In this document: positions 13,401-27,329 of the stretch, in pieces
Layout of the letters: the number at the start of each line of letters is the position of its first letter
Position numbering within the stretch: the stretch's first letter is position 1
Origin: Octopus vulgaris
Lineage: Eukaryota
Length of the DNA stretch: 64,000 bases
Assembly: GCA_951406725.2 (NCBI GenBank)
Contig: OX597815.1
Span: 141,732,001-141,796,000 of the forward strand
Direction of reading: 5' to 3'
Made by a program: the position numbers and the translations under genes
The notes under the pieces: model-generated
The model's input: the letters and a program-made list of their open reading frames with translations, nothing else
What the model was told of the DNA's origin: nothing
Databases searched by the model: none

Positions 13401-13784
13401 AGTGTGAGCTATTAAATGTGCAACACGACTGTCACTATATAAACTTGATAATTGCCTTACACATAAAAATACTACCTTACTTCAATATTGTAAAATTGTA
13501 AAATTGTACTCGAACTCAAAAAGAAAGGCCAGGCTTGACCAAATGCGGGTCACATGGAAGAAGGGAGAGATAGACGCAGAGGAATAGAAGAATTAGGGAG
13601 TGACGAGAAAAAAGAAAAGGGTAAGAGTGAAGTCAAAGAGGAGGAAGGTGAGAATGAAGGGAAGATCAGGAATGTGAGCGAGGGTGTAAGAAAGAAAGAA
13701 GAGTGGAAAGAACGAATTAAGAGTGAAAGAGCTGATAGAAAGAAAGAAGGAATGAAAGAATAGGAGAGTTGTACAAAATTGTAT

Positions 13785-13846
<62 letters not shown>

Positions 13847-13902
13847 ATGTATGTATGTGTGCGTGTGTTTGTGTATACTTACATATAAGACACCGTAGTA
13901 TT

Positions 13903-14345
13903 CGTACGCCGCTTTATGTATGTAAAAAGAATACAAAACATGGGACAAGAAAAAACAGGGACAGGTCATTCAGAGTTTACTTTCGTCAGTCGAGTTCCGG
14001 ATTATCTTTGCAGTTTCGGCTGGTTACTGCAACGTTAATCTGGAAGTCGACTGACCAAAGAAAACTCCGAATGACCCGTCCTTGTTTTTTTCCCTTTTTT
14101 GTATCATGTAACTGTCTGGATGTTTTCCGTTCTTGTGCCATTTTTGTATCTTTTATCTATTTACAAATAGCAACGTACGTACACTTTGATCTCTGCATAT
14201 AAACTGTCTGATGAACGGCAACGAGAAACTCAGAGTAACAGATTTTGTTGAATTTTCTGCTGCTTAAAATAAAGCATATTACTCTACACTGGTATTTGAG
14301 TACTCTTTTTTCCACCTTGTTTCACATTTATGTGTTTACTCCGGT
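13903..14345 (+). mobile_element. PLE-type pseudo-LTR with inverted (fold-back) 5' copy, inserted between microsatellites
   Basis: Arm ~13903-14018 is an imperfect reverse complement of ~14036-14180 (aaaaaacagggacaggtcattcagagtttactttcgtcagtcgagttccggatta vs aaaaaacaaggacgggtcattcggagttttctttggtcagtcgacttccagatta). The right arm continues into a hammerhead and ends at (TA)n. Confidence 0.75.
14201..14245 (+). ncRNA. minimal type I hammerhead ribozyme
   Basis: aaactgt CTGATGA (14208-14214) a-cg-gcaa-cg-a GAAA (14225-14228) ctc-a-gag TA (14236-14237) acagattt. Stem I is ctgt/acag; stem II is short and has an A-A opposition at its base. Confidence 0.75.
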
Positions 14346-17024
14346 ATATATATATATATATACATGTGTGTGTGTGTGTGTAAATTAATTGTCATTCATT
14401 TCGGACTAGGTTAACCACTTAAGGACAAAGAAAATAAACTTTGCCAATCCGCTAAAATTGATGCCAAATTGTCTAACTATGATAAAATATTTTCACTGTT
14501 ATTATTTCCAGGCGTGTCAAAAAGGCGGAAGTAAACCAAAACATTTAGCTATCCTCTATCGGCCCGATTTCTGGATTAATCCCAAAGGGGTTTTCCTTCA
14601 TTATAGTAGAAATGGAATACTTACACCTAACCACAGAAAAGCAGACACAATGACATAAATACATATACGTATCCCAAATATATCCAAATAAAATTCCGTA
14701 GCAAGCCTCTCCACGCATGCAACCGGTCAATAGTTAACCTATCCCGAAGTGAATGGGAATTAATTTACCTCTAATATAAGGATATATGTCCAATATATAC
14801 ATATTCCGTAATACATTCAAACTTTCTGGTCATTAGTCATTAAGGAAATCGTAATATGTTAATATCTACCTAAACTATATTTAAGCCACTCATATTAATG
14901 CATAGATTCAAGCAAATATTTGGAACTGCATAGGGATAAACGTGTCTCTATATTCTCCAGATAGTGAATATAATACCCATAATTTTCTTGGTATTTATCA
15001 GAAATTCTGCCGACATTCATCTTTGATTATACACCATGTATATTGATTTTATATTTGGTTTTCTTTTTTCATTTCAGTTCAAGTGTAACTAAACATGAAT
15101 CTTTTGATTGTTTAACGAAAATTATACTCTAACTCTGTTCTATGATATGTGAAGTACTGACTCTAAGTTTGACAGTCACATTTGCAATCTTATGAACAGA
15201 ATTTTGCTTTAATTGATTGATTTATGTTCACATCTAAGACATTTACTTACAGATAATTAAATTAAGCAACTAAATGAAGGTTGTTAGACGATTGCTTGCT
15301 TTTGGAATACGTTGAATAGTTTCCTGCTATTGGTAATCAAAGGAAAGATTTATGCTTGAATAAATCAAAATAGATTTTTGGTAATCAGACTGAATTAAAC
15401 AATATCCTCATTAAGTATCTTTGCAGAGTACACTGTTTAAATAGAACTGTGACACCCCGCGTTGCCAATTTTATATGAATGAAGTGAAATACTCTACACA
15501 TTTTTATTGCACGACGTAACTCAAATGAAGGTTATTGTTATTTTCAAGCGACTTGTTAATGCCATACATCAAATGACAATACAAATCAGCTAACATGTTA
15601 GAAAGAAACGTAAACAGCTATTAGCTAATACTCTTGGACTGAAAGTGCCTTATACGCACTCACTAACGTCTTCATTAGTTAGTGACTCTTGTCCTGGAAC
15701 TTTAAATTGAATCTGCCACACACCAATCTTTACCAGAACGACCAAGATTAAACGGTATTGCGTACTTCATGATAAATTCGGCTGATTGGTGTATACCTGC
15801 TACACGTAGTAAGATATTTAATGCACAGGTAAATTATTCCAGAATGCATGCACAATGATGGATGCATGTAGTTTTAAGTTTCATGTCTCTATATGTAATT
15901 TAGATTGTTCTCAGATGGTGCTTACCTGGGCACAGGACTGTTCGTCACAAGGCAAATTATAGTTATGGTATACACAAACCAAAGACTTTTCAAAATGTTC
16001 TATAACTCCTGTTCAGAAATCCCTTCAGAAAAGAGCAGACTGCTTGCCATCCCCGATGTCCGGAATCATTCATAAGCCGTCCTCACTCACACTCATTACT
16101 ATGCCCGGCATTAACTCTCAGTTCCCTGTCTGTGCATCTGATACTGAGAAGAAATGCAGTAACATTCAAAGCACAAAAGAAAATATATACATCATCTCAG
16201 AATGAATGAGAATCACATACCGTTGACCGATTATCATTGTTGCAGTGTCTTAGAAATATCTGCATGTGATGAGTGCTAACTGGTTCGTGCACATCATGCA
16301 CGAGAGCATTCTGGAGTCCTATGGTCTGGATGTTGGAATCAAATGACTATTCCGTCGAACGACGAAAGATATCTTCTTACAAGAAACGAGAGTCCACACA
16401 TACCAATCTGACCTATGACGAGACATGAAGTTAAGAATTGTAGGACGGGTTCGAGCAATGAACCCATAAAATTTCACCAGTCTGTCAGTTCAACATAAGA
16501 TACTGCCTCAACCCGGCGCAGGTTCATAGGTATTTGTATCCCAATTTCTAACCTCTTATTCCCTCTCGATTTTTAAATGCCCAGGTAAACATCTGTTTCA
16601 CTCACTAGTATACAAATTAGTCGATAATACTCGTAAGGTTGTAAATCCAGTGGCACATTCGTTGAGAAAAGGAACCGCCAACAATGTACCAGCCTAGGCG
16701 TCAACCCTCAGTTGCTTTTTCGTACACTGCCCAACTGGATCTCAATAAGCCACACTTCATTGCAAGCGCCGTATTACTCACAAACTGTACTTATTTTACT
16801 GCAATGGATCAACGAATTATATTTAAGCATCACCATCAATGTTACTTACTTTAGCCATGTATTATTTCGTTTAGTGTATTGCGATACCAGTTTAAGAAGC
16901 ATGTGCGTCGCATACGTTATATCATTTTTATCTCATAAGTTTCATTAGCAGATATGCTCATTGATAGATGACCTACGGCTATCTATTTGTCTTATTGTAA
17001 GAGACTAATGCGTATCCGTTCTGA

Positions 17025-17291
<267 letters not shown>

Positions 17292-20017
17292 AGCTCCGCG
17301 CTGAAAAACATGGATGTGCTACACCGAGCTCTCCGTGCAAAAACAAATCTAATCTAAACATATTGGTGGAATGGAATAAAGGAACATGTGGAAGACTTGA
17401 ACGCAGCGGTCATTTAACGAAGGTAATCACAAAAACGCAATTTTACTACCATACAAAACGCAGTTTCTCCTATACGCGATGCCTCAGTGAAACATATGCG
17501 AAACACACGTGGGAAATCAACACCGGAAAGTTTACAAATTATAGAATATAAATGGAACAAAACAGTAAGTACATAAATTCAGTATTTACGCATATAGCCG
17601 AATGTCTACACTATCATATATACATTTTAATACCCGTAAGGCAACACATACATCTCAATGTTTACACAACTACGTGTAATTTACAGGTCACACATACACG
17701 CATAACAAAACACGTGTCTCAAACGAAGCAAAAGCAAAAGAAATACAAAACAAAACTAGTTATTTTTTTAATGTTTTGAACTAACACAGAGTGAACAATT
17801 CATAAGTTTAAACCACCACGCAAAAAAACTATGCCCGGAGATAAATTTATCAACAAAAATATTAGAGACGAATATAGACCTGTTAGCCTTAAGAAGCTGC
17901 GTTCGAGCAATGTTTAATTGCAGAGAACACTGAGGCGGTGTTGTTTCAAAATAATTAACCCTCAACACAACAGACAGATCCGTCCCCTAATGTCAACCTT
18001 CAAGCTCGGCATGCCTCAGAGATAACAAAGCAAAATACAAACCGAATTCGTCTTCACGCGTAACACCAAGTGCCATGTACTCGGACGATGAACCAGATTC
18101 TATGCGCAATATCAGCTACTGGTTCAAACCTTCACGAAACACAAGAGCTGGAATTACACCACAAGCGGAATATTTCAACAGATAGCCATCAATGCTCGTC
18201 ATCATATTATCAGAAGAAAAGCAATGACAAATGGTCTAATAGAAATAAAGGAGCTATGGCGGCCTTCTATCCTGACAGATAAACTGGAGATAGAAACAGC
18301 TTGAAGACTCTACATAGACAAAACAAACTCGCCAACGTCAGACGAAATATTATGAAAAAGAAATTTCTAACTGAATCCGAGATTAACCAAATTAAGCAAT
18401 CACTAAGGAATAAAAGAAACAAAGCTGCAGCTAAAGAAGATACTGCAGAAGAGATAATTATAGAACAGCCTAGGGCTGATGAAAATGCAATAATGATTGA
18501 AAGTGATAAAGTAAATGATAAGCAAAGTGAAACAAACTAGACTTTGAACCAACCACAAACACTATGGCAGGTGAAAATCAATTAGATGAAGAAAGCTACA
18601 CCGAAATTGACCCAACAGAACTATATGATCTAAAAACTTAAATCATGATTGAATGGCTGAAAATGAAAGAGATCAGTATGAATGAACGTGTCACTCTCCC
18701 AAAAATTCGTAGTTATAACCGAAACATAAAAATAATTGGTAAAATCCGCCTTGCACTTAAGGATATCATTTCAGCCAATGATATGTATATTACATATCTC
18801 AACCACCTGTGCTATTCATCCGTGAAAATCTCAGCGATTCTATCTGATGAAACGATTAGAATACGACAATATTCCCACAAAACGCCTACTTGGAAAGAGC
18901 GTATTCAGCACCAAATTAAGCTACTTAGGTGTGACATAGGATGTTTAAAAAACATTAAGTTTGACAAGAATATCAAACCAACAAAATCCCGAAAATATAT
19001 AATATAAAAAACATATTTCACATCGATACCGCCATAGAAAAAATCAAGCAAAAGGTAGGTGCTAAAGCTGCCCGCTTAGAAAGGTATGAAAAGCGCATTA
19101 GATTCTTCAAGGACAACATATTAAAAAACAACCCAAAATATGTTTACAGAAAGATAGGGAAAATACCAGTTACAGTAAAGTCTGTACCATGAAAATGCAG
19201 GAAATTTGGAATAAAATTTGGGCAGACAAAAAATACACAACGGTCTGATAGAATATCTACAGGCTTAGACTCCTTAGAAGAGTAAAAGTGGGAGTGTATC
19301 AAGGTAAAGGATGAAATATCTGCTCTCAGGAAGTCAAGTAAATGGAAGTCGCCAGGAAAGGATAAAATTCCCTACTTCTGGTTGAATGCCTTCCCAGAGA
19401 GCCATGAACTGCTAGGAAAAACTTTGCAACAATGTTTCTCAACAAACTGGTATGATTCTCTCTTGACTAGTTAATGGTGTAACATTCGTACTTCCAAAAA
19501 ATGAAGAAACAAATGAGACAAAATTTATAGAACCATAACCTGCCTAACAACAATATGTAAAATGCTAATGACTCAACATGCCTATAGTTTTAATAGAAGG
19601 TGTCATATTCCCTAATGAGCAGAATGGATGTAAATGTCTAAGTTTAAAAATATCAGCCAAACATTAATAAGATGATCTTGGCAGATTGTCACAAACGACA
19701 CAAAAACTTGACGATAACCTACCACATAACTCGATTAAGAAATGTTTGGAAATGTATAATATAGATTCTAGTCTGCGAAAAATATTCTCGGTAAGTATGA
19801 GATCATGGGGAACCACACTGACTTTTCACAGAGGCATTGAACATTTAATGGTTGTGTTGTAAGAATTTCATGTGAAAGTTTCCAGGTTGTCTCCCTAGCA
19901 TCACTCCTCTTTTGTCTAACCATAATAGCATCACTGTGCACCACAGAACATACCCAAGGCACACATAGCTGCGCTCGGTAGTGAAATGAAAGCACGCCAT
20001 AGAAATAAAACTACTGA
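17292..20017 (+). mobile_element. Dong/R4-clade non-LTR retrotransposon, subfamily A, internally deleted pseudogene
   Basis: Fragments read NKLANVRRNIMKKKFL, PTWKERIQHQIKLLRCDI, KWKSPGKDKIP..WL, Y/FRTITCLTTI, FPNEQNGC and FQ...L.SLLFCL. The sequence then jumps near 19925 to a 3' UTR (cacagaacatacccaaggcacac...ctcggtagtg) shared with 21920-22007. Confidence 0.88.
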
Positions 20018-20018
20018 A

Positions 20019-21575
20019 TATGATCAACAAAATGGAACTTTTTTAACCATCAGAGTTACTGATTGACTTTTCTGGGTTAATTCTTGATGCAGATTACGAA
20101 TCAGAAGTCCGATTTACTCTATCAGGTCACATGTTCACGTTAATGATAGCTGCTGTTTTAACTTATAGGATACATAAAGCATGTCTATATGAAGTATATT
20201 GAATATAAGATACGATAATTTCATGGCTTTTTCTTGTACAAAATTAAAATTATTGCAAACAAATAAGTTAGAATACACTGAAAGGCATAACAACTTAAAA
20301 TCTTTGGGATTTGGACTTTCTGTGGTGTTTTGCCTCAGGTTCATCCCCGTATAACATTCAACAGTAGTCAGCTAACATCCCTGCATTCCAAAATCCTTGA
20401 TATTGTTGTTCCATCGGGGCAATATCTTGATGAAAGTGTTCCCCTCGCTCATCAGACACTGCTCCAAATTTCTCTGCAAAAACGTCCAGATATAAATCAA
20501 GGAAATGGAATTTTAGGGACATCCGACAGCCCATTGCAGTGTAGGAGTCTAGAATAAATTTCTAAACTCTAGAGATCTTTTGTTGCCTATGGAATTTTCA
20601 CTGAGCCATTTGAAGGATTCCCAGGCTTTAAGCTCAATCTCATCCAGTTCATTCCTTCATGTGCACTGAATGTCCTATGGGAATGGATGGTTTCTTATTG
20701 CCACTGTGTAGTAGAACTGCCTTGAGACTTTTCTTATATGAATCAATGAATAAGCGCAATTCAGCTGCGACATGCTCTTGGAACAAAGAGCAAAATAACT
20801 CATCAGTGTTATTAGTGAAACAAAGTGGTCCATCAACAGAGAAGCATGAAGTCCCTATTTCTCTTCCTGAAACGAGTAATACAAACATCTTTCTTAAGCA
20901 GACACTTTTCTTGTAGGCGAGATACTAATAGTTTAGCTTTATCCTTCGACAATGACAAGTTTCTAACGAAATCATTTAACTTCCCTTGAGAAAATTTATT
21001 TGGTACGTCTTCATTTTCAATCGTGAAATCTGCATCCACTTCAGTGCCTTCCAGAGCAGTAGTATTTTCTTCAGGAAATACATCTTCGTCAGACTTCTGA
21101 AGGTCATTCTCTGGGGGTATTGGAACAGGAAGATCATCATCGTTGTGTGGTACTGGTTTTCTTGCTGATTCCAAGTTGGAATACACTATCTTATGCTTGG
21201 TCTTTACAGTAAACCCACATATATTAACGCTGCAGAAATAACAGTCCAAGAAATGATCCTTTGGCTCTCTCTACATCATAGGTATTGCAAACGTCATTGC
21301 TCTCTTCCTCATATTTAGCCAATTCCTTAGTCCATTTGAACAAACTGAGTAGGTAATGTGCGTGGCCCAACTCTTCTCTTGATCCCCGGGAGAGCAGCCA
21401 AAGTATAATAGGTAGATCTTGATTTCACTTGTGACGGCACATTGCTGAGCATTTGTGGTGAACGAACCGGAGACATGACAAAATATATCAGGACCGTTCT
21501 TGCAATGCCTTGACATCCTGAGTAGAATTTGATGAAGATGATGATGACTTGGCAACCATACTCTGCGATATACCA
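20019..21575 (-). mobile_element. Chapaev3 (CMC superfamily) DNA transposon, decayed transposase
   Basis: From ATG at 21516: CKNGPDIFCHVSG...GDQEKSWATH...REPKDH..DCYFC...LRLFIDSYKKSLKAVLLHSGN..PSIP. Near 20350-20535: MSLKFHFL...FGAVSDERGEHFHQDI..MEQQYQG.W...MLADYC. A terminus-like tgatcaacaaaa lies at ~20020. Confidence 0.85.
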
Positions 21576-22007
21576 ATTCACACAGAGAAATTAAGGCCAA
21601 TAGGCCAGATATAGTTGTCAGAGATCATGAAGAAAAAAAGCTTTATAATTGATGCATCAATACCAGCTGAGGACAACGTTCCTATAAAAGAAATGGAGAA
21701 ACTTTCAAAAACCAAAAACCTGGAAATAGAAGTAAATCGAATGTGGAATCTTAAAACAGTAACAATTCCTATAATAGTAGGCGCATTAGGTATGATAAAA
21801 AAATATTCAGACAAATGCATAACAAAAACACCAGGTCTTACAAATATATATAACATACAGAAAATTGCACTAATGGGCACTGCACACATCCTACGCAAAA
21901 CCCTTTCAATACAGTAACCATAAGAGTATCATAACAAACCACAGCACATAACCAAGGCACACAGAACTGCGCTCGGTAGTGATGTGAAAGCAAGTTATAA
22001 AAATAAA
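21575..22007 (+). mobile_element. 5'-truncated Dong/R4 LINE: restriction-like endonuclease domain and 3' UTR
   Basis: NRPDIV...FIIDASIP...KEMEKLSK..NLEIEVNRMW...IPIIVGALG...IQKIALMGTAHILRKTL* (ORF 21615-21917), followed by a microsatellite tail. Confidence 0.92.
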
Positions 22008-22193
<186 letters not shown>

Positions 22194-22759
22194 AATATTA
22201 ATAATGAGATGAACTTTAGTATATATAATTATTTTTCCTATTAATAATTAAAAATTGAACAATGTGACTACGTTGTTTTGAAAGCCAAGGTCAGCGCTCT
22301 CGTTGATCGTTAGTAGTAGTATACACATTTGACTTCTGCAGACCCCTAGAGTGTGAGGCTGCTTTTGTTTCCTTATCCCACAGGAATGCTCATTGCTGAT
22401 CTTTTCACCATCGGCCGAATCTATTTAAAGACCCGTGGAACTTTATCTATTCCCCAAACTGCCTATCTTGTTCATACTATTCCCTTCAACTCTCACATAT
22501 TTATGATCATCTCAAGTACAAGACAAAAGTTGGAACTAAACAACATTCAATAATAACTTTTAATAATAATGATGGTAATAATGGTGATGGAGATAATAAT
22601 GATAATAATAATAACTTAGCTCAAACTCATGTCGGATCAGAGGAAATGTTAACAATGGCAAATAGTAGTGGAAAATATGAAAATAGTAATATCAGTGATT
22701 ATAGTAATAATAATAAAGGAAGCGGTTGGAATCTCCCTATGCTCTGATTGCTTATACAT

Positions 22760-23945
22760 CTAGAGATTGTGTCACAATATAGACAGTGGTAATTGCGCAA
22801 CCTGATAATCGCTCCCTCATATGAGTGACAATGAAAACACAGAATATTTTGAATGACGGTGGTAAGGAAACTGAAGTCCTTCATGGTGACAGTGTTACAC
22901 CCGGCAGGCTCAGGGATGCTGGTCCGAATCCAGCCTGTGTTTATGCAGGAAGGAACCAGCAGACACGACGTAGATGGAACAAACAAATCAATGCTGTGGT
23001 CATGGAATGTTGCTACCTGAACAACCCCGTAGACAGAAATGGTGTTCATCTTTGGGGATACCGACAAAATATCTATGATCAATGGAGAGAAAGAGGATTG
23101 TTTCAACTCACTGAACAGAGATTATGTGATCAAGCTAGAGCAATAAGACAAAAATCGTTGGTACACGAAAGTAGAGACCGAAGCTATCAACCGACAGGTA
23201 TTGGAAAACAGCAGCAGAGGAAACGATGAAAATATTGACCCTACCGGTAAAAGTAATCTCATAGCCGAAAAACGATGTGAAAACTCTAATAAACCACAGG
23301 AAAGGAACAGTGATAGCATGATCAATGAAAGACATATAGAATTTTTCGAAGAAGATGATAAAACTAATGGTGACATGACAGGTGGACAAAAGGCAATCTA
23401 CGACAGGATGAACACAAGACTACAGGAGAACGATAGTGACATTATTTGCAGCCATTAAAATGTTGATCGGTGGCATCTGAACCAAGACGCGAAATATGTG
23501 AACGAACTTCTGAAATACGTCAGAGCAAAAAACATCACAGAAACAGTAATTTGATCAAAGAAGGAAGTATTGTTGTTGCAGAAAATGTGGGTGTCGATGT
23601 GAAGAAAAAGAAATATAATGGGAGTAACAAAAGAAAAGTTCCATGGTGGAAAAGAAGAATAAAGGCGGAGTTAAATATGCTCCCGAAAGACATTACTGTG
23701 TTAGACCGAAAAGAAAATGGGGAACTTAAAAGCGAACAGAAATACAAGGCACTGAACAGTCTGAATATTGAAAGACCTGACAGTGGTAATGGATAAACTG
23801 AAATGATGCCTCGTTGCAAAGACAGCAACGATAAGTTACGACCAAGATAATTTACGAAGGGTTAGCAGCAGAATACGTTATTCAGAATAGATCAGAAGAG
23901 ATTCTCCAAAACCTACATGGAGAGTGTACAGAGGAAAAGTTGATA
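22760..23945 (+). mobile_element. Dong/R4 LINE, different subfamily, N-terminal part only
   Basis: TRRRWNKQINAVVMECCY...GYRQNIYDQWRERG...TEQRLCDQARAIR; PWWKRRIKAELNML.KDI; LFRIDQKRF. Confidence 0.82.
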
Positions 23946-23959
23946 CATACCACATAACA

Positions 23960-26900
23960 TTCGATCCTGATTCATGCATTCAGCTCTGTCTTGAGTATTG
24001 AACTTACCCTTCGATGACGTTCCCTTCTGATACTTTCGCTCATCACTGAATGTTTTATTCCTTCTCATTCACATACCCTAAGTATTTGTATCTCTCCGCA
24101 CTTGTAACTCCTTTATGAAATTCTGCTGGTCAGATGTAACATTTCATGTTTCCGTCATTTTGCACACTTATCGAGGGCGAATTGCATCCTCATGTCGTCC
24201 CTGAATTGTTTAAAAATTGATAGTAAGTCCTGTAGTTTTTGGTCATTTTTTTCCAATGAGCTTTAAATCATTCATGAGAATATTTATATTTTCTATCAAA
24301 CATTTTATAGCCGTATTGTACATCATCGAGCAACATCAGGAGAGGCGTTATGGATAGACAAAGGAGGAGTGTTGATAGAGTGTCACTCTACAAAATGACA
24401 TATGAAATTCTTACATTGCCAGCATTGAGATGCGTTGTCGCTGTCCAAAGTCAGTGTGGTTTTCCATGATCTCATATTTACAGACGAGAATTTTTGTAGA
24501 GCAGGTGCTATTTTATACATGTCCAGGCATTTCTTAATAGTCTAACCAGGCTCTCGATACGTTTTTCTTGTCGTGTATGACGTTCTTCCGAGATCACCTT
24601 ATTGATGAGTAGATGAAATTTTCAACCATAGACCCTACGTTTATATATTTTGTGCTCATTAGGAAATATGCCACTTTCTATTAAAAGAAAAACTATAGGT
24701 ATGTTCAGTCAAGACATTTTTTAAAATTTTATACATTGTTGTTAAGCAGGTTATGGGTCTATATTTTTTGTTTATTTGTTTCTTCATGTTTTTTTAACTA
24801 GGAATGTTACACTATTAACTAGCCAAGAGGTAATCATATTAGTTTGTAGCAAAACATTGTTGTAAATTTTGTTAGCAGTTCATGGCTCTTTGGGAAGGCA
24901 CACAACCAGAAGTTAAGAATGTTATCCTTTCCTGGAGACTTCCATTTGCTTGACCTTCTTTCATGCTCTAAATTGATACACTCCCACTTTTGCTTTTCTA
25001 AGGAGTCTAATTTCGTAGATCTTCTATCAAACCAAGGGATCTTTGCATTGTGTGTTTTTTTACTTCTGCCCAAATTTTATTCCAAACTTCTTGCATTTCT
25101 TTTGATTGTACAGACTCTACTGTAACTGGTATTTTCCCTTTCTTTCTGTAAACATTTTTGGGGCTATTTTTTAACATGTTGTTGACCTTGAAGAATCTAA
25201 CGCGCTTTCCATAACTTGTTATACGGGCAGCTTTAGCGCTTACCTTTCGGTTGATTGTTTCTATGGTGGTATCGATGTCAAATGTTTTCCATCTTATATT
25301 TTTCTTTAGTTTTCGGGATTTTGTTGCTTTAATAATCTTGTCAAATTTAAGGTTTTTAAACATTCTACGTCGGACCTAAGTAGCTGAATTTCGTGTCGAA
25401 AACGCTCTTTCCAAGTAGGATTTTTGTGAGAATTTTGTCGTCTTATAATCTTTTCACCACATAGAATCGTTGAGATTTTCGCGGATGCATATTACAGGTG
25501 GCTGCGATCTGTAATATCAACATCATTAGGAGAAACACTATCCTTAATTGCAAAGCGGATTTTACCAACTTTTGGGCTTTGCTTAGAATTGTGAACTTTT
25601 GGGATAATGTCACGTTCATTCATGCTAGTTTCTTTAATTTTCAACCATTCAATCATGAATTGATATTTATATCATATAGTTCTGTTGGGTCAATTTCTGT
25701 GTGGATTTCTTCATCTATTTAATTTTCATCTGCTTTACTATTTATGGTTGGTTCAAAGAGTCACTTTACTTATCAGTTACGTTAACTCTTTCAGTGCATT
25801 TTCATCAGAATTGGGTTGGTCTATACGTAATTCCTCTGTAGTATATTCTTCAGCTGCAACTTCGTTCCTTTTATCGCTTACTGATTGTTTAATTTGGTCA
25901 ATCTGTAATTCAGTTTGAAATTTCTTTTTCATTATGTTTCTGCTGACGTTGGCAAGTTTGTTACTATGTAAGGTGTTACTTCAAGCTGCTTCTGTCTCCA
26001 CTTGAAGTAAATTTGTACAGCATTAGACTTATTTGTGGAGAAATATAGGGCGTGATAGAAGGCCTTGAGAACCTCTTAAAAATCTCCATCAAAACATTTT
26101 CATTCTTTTTCCTTTGATTATTTGATGACGAGCATGGATGTTCATCTATTGGAATATTCCGGTTGTGGGGTATCTGCAGCTCTTGTTTTTCTGCAAAATT
26201 TAAACCAGTAGCTTATTTTTCACACTCAGTCTGGTTCATCATTCGAGTAAGCTGTCCTTGTTGTTCCGTATGACGATCAATACAGTTTCTATTTTACTTT
26301 GTTATCACTGAAGCATGACGATGACATTAGGGGACGGATCTGTATGTTGAGAGTTAATTCTTTGAAACAACACAGCCTTCGAGCTCTCTGAATGAAAATA
26401 TTGCTCAAACACTGCTTCTCAAGGCTAACAGATCTGTATTCACTTGTATATTTTTTGTTGCGAGATTTATCTCCGGGCATAGTTATTGTGATGCTTTTAA
26501 ACTCATGAATTGTTCACTCTCTCTGCGTTATTGCGAAAAATAAAAAAAATGTCTTACTGTTTTTTTTTTGCTGCGTTTGTGACTTATGATTTCATATGTG
26601 TGCATGTGTGTCGTGTAAATTTCAAGTAGTTGTTTAAAAATTGGGATTTATATATAGTCTTATGGGAATTAAAATGTATATATATGATTGTGTAGACATT
26701 CGAGTGTATGCGAGATTATTCAATTTATGTACCTACTCTTTTCTTCCTTTGTATATTTTATAATTTGTAAACTTCCCGCGGTTAATTTCGCGTGTGTGTT
26801 TCACATATCTTTCACTGAGACATACTGTATAGGAGAAACTGGGCTTTGTATGTCGGAAACAAAATTTCGTTTTTGTGATTATTTACGTTAAATGACCGCT

Positions 26901-26965
26901 TCCTTCAAGTCTTCCACATGTTCCTTTATCCTATTCTACGGATGATATTTGATTCGATTTGTTTT
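23960..26965 (-). mobile_element. Dong/R4 LINE subfamily A, second copy, inverted relative to 17292-20017; 3' part missing
   Basis: The reverse complement is collinear with 17335-19925 (e.g. aaaggaacatgtggaagacttgaa; catcgatacc.ccatagaaa.aatcaa..aaaggta..gctaaagctgcccg; KWKSPGKD) and continues through MNDLK and YKYLG. Its 5' end abuts a (TAA)n tract. Confidence 0.9.
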
Positions 26966-26985
26966 AGTATTATTGTTGTTATTAT

Positions 26986-27021
<36 letters not shown>

Positions 27022-27022
27022 A

Positions 27023-27086
<64 letters not shown>

Positions 27087-27150
27087 GCAGTAGTATTACT
27101 AGCAGCAGTAGAAGCAGCAGCAGTAGTAGTAGTAGTAGCAGCAGTAGCAA

Positions 27151-27235
<85 letters not shown>
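26965..27235. repeat. (TAA/TTA)n then (TAG/CAG)n compound repeat
   Basis: Directly visible. It lies between two LINE copies. Confidence 0.97.
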
Positions 27236-27236
<1 letters not shown>

Positions 27237-27329
27237 AGAGTGGCAGTTGTTATTTTTGTTGTTCCTGTTGTGACGGTTATTTCAGTAATAGTGGCAACTA
27301 GAAAAGTAGTCGCAGCAACATCTGAAATA

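Noticed and set aside
13554-13763. E/K/R-rich 69 aa ORF
   Set aside because: It is a purine-rich low-complexity tract beside a microsatellite, with no splice or domain evidence.
17292-17362. HDV-like ribozyme at the 5' end of the Dong element
   Set aside because: Partial P2/P3-like pairings exist, but I could not find P1 or P4; this needs a descriptor search.
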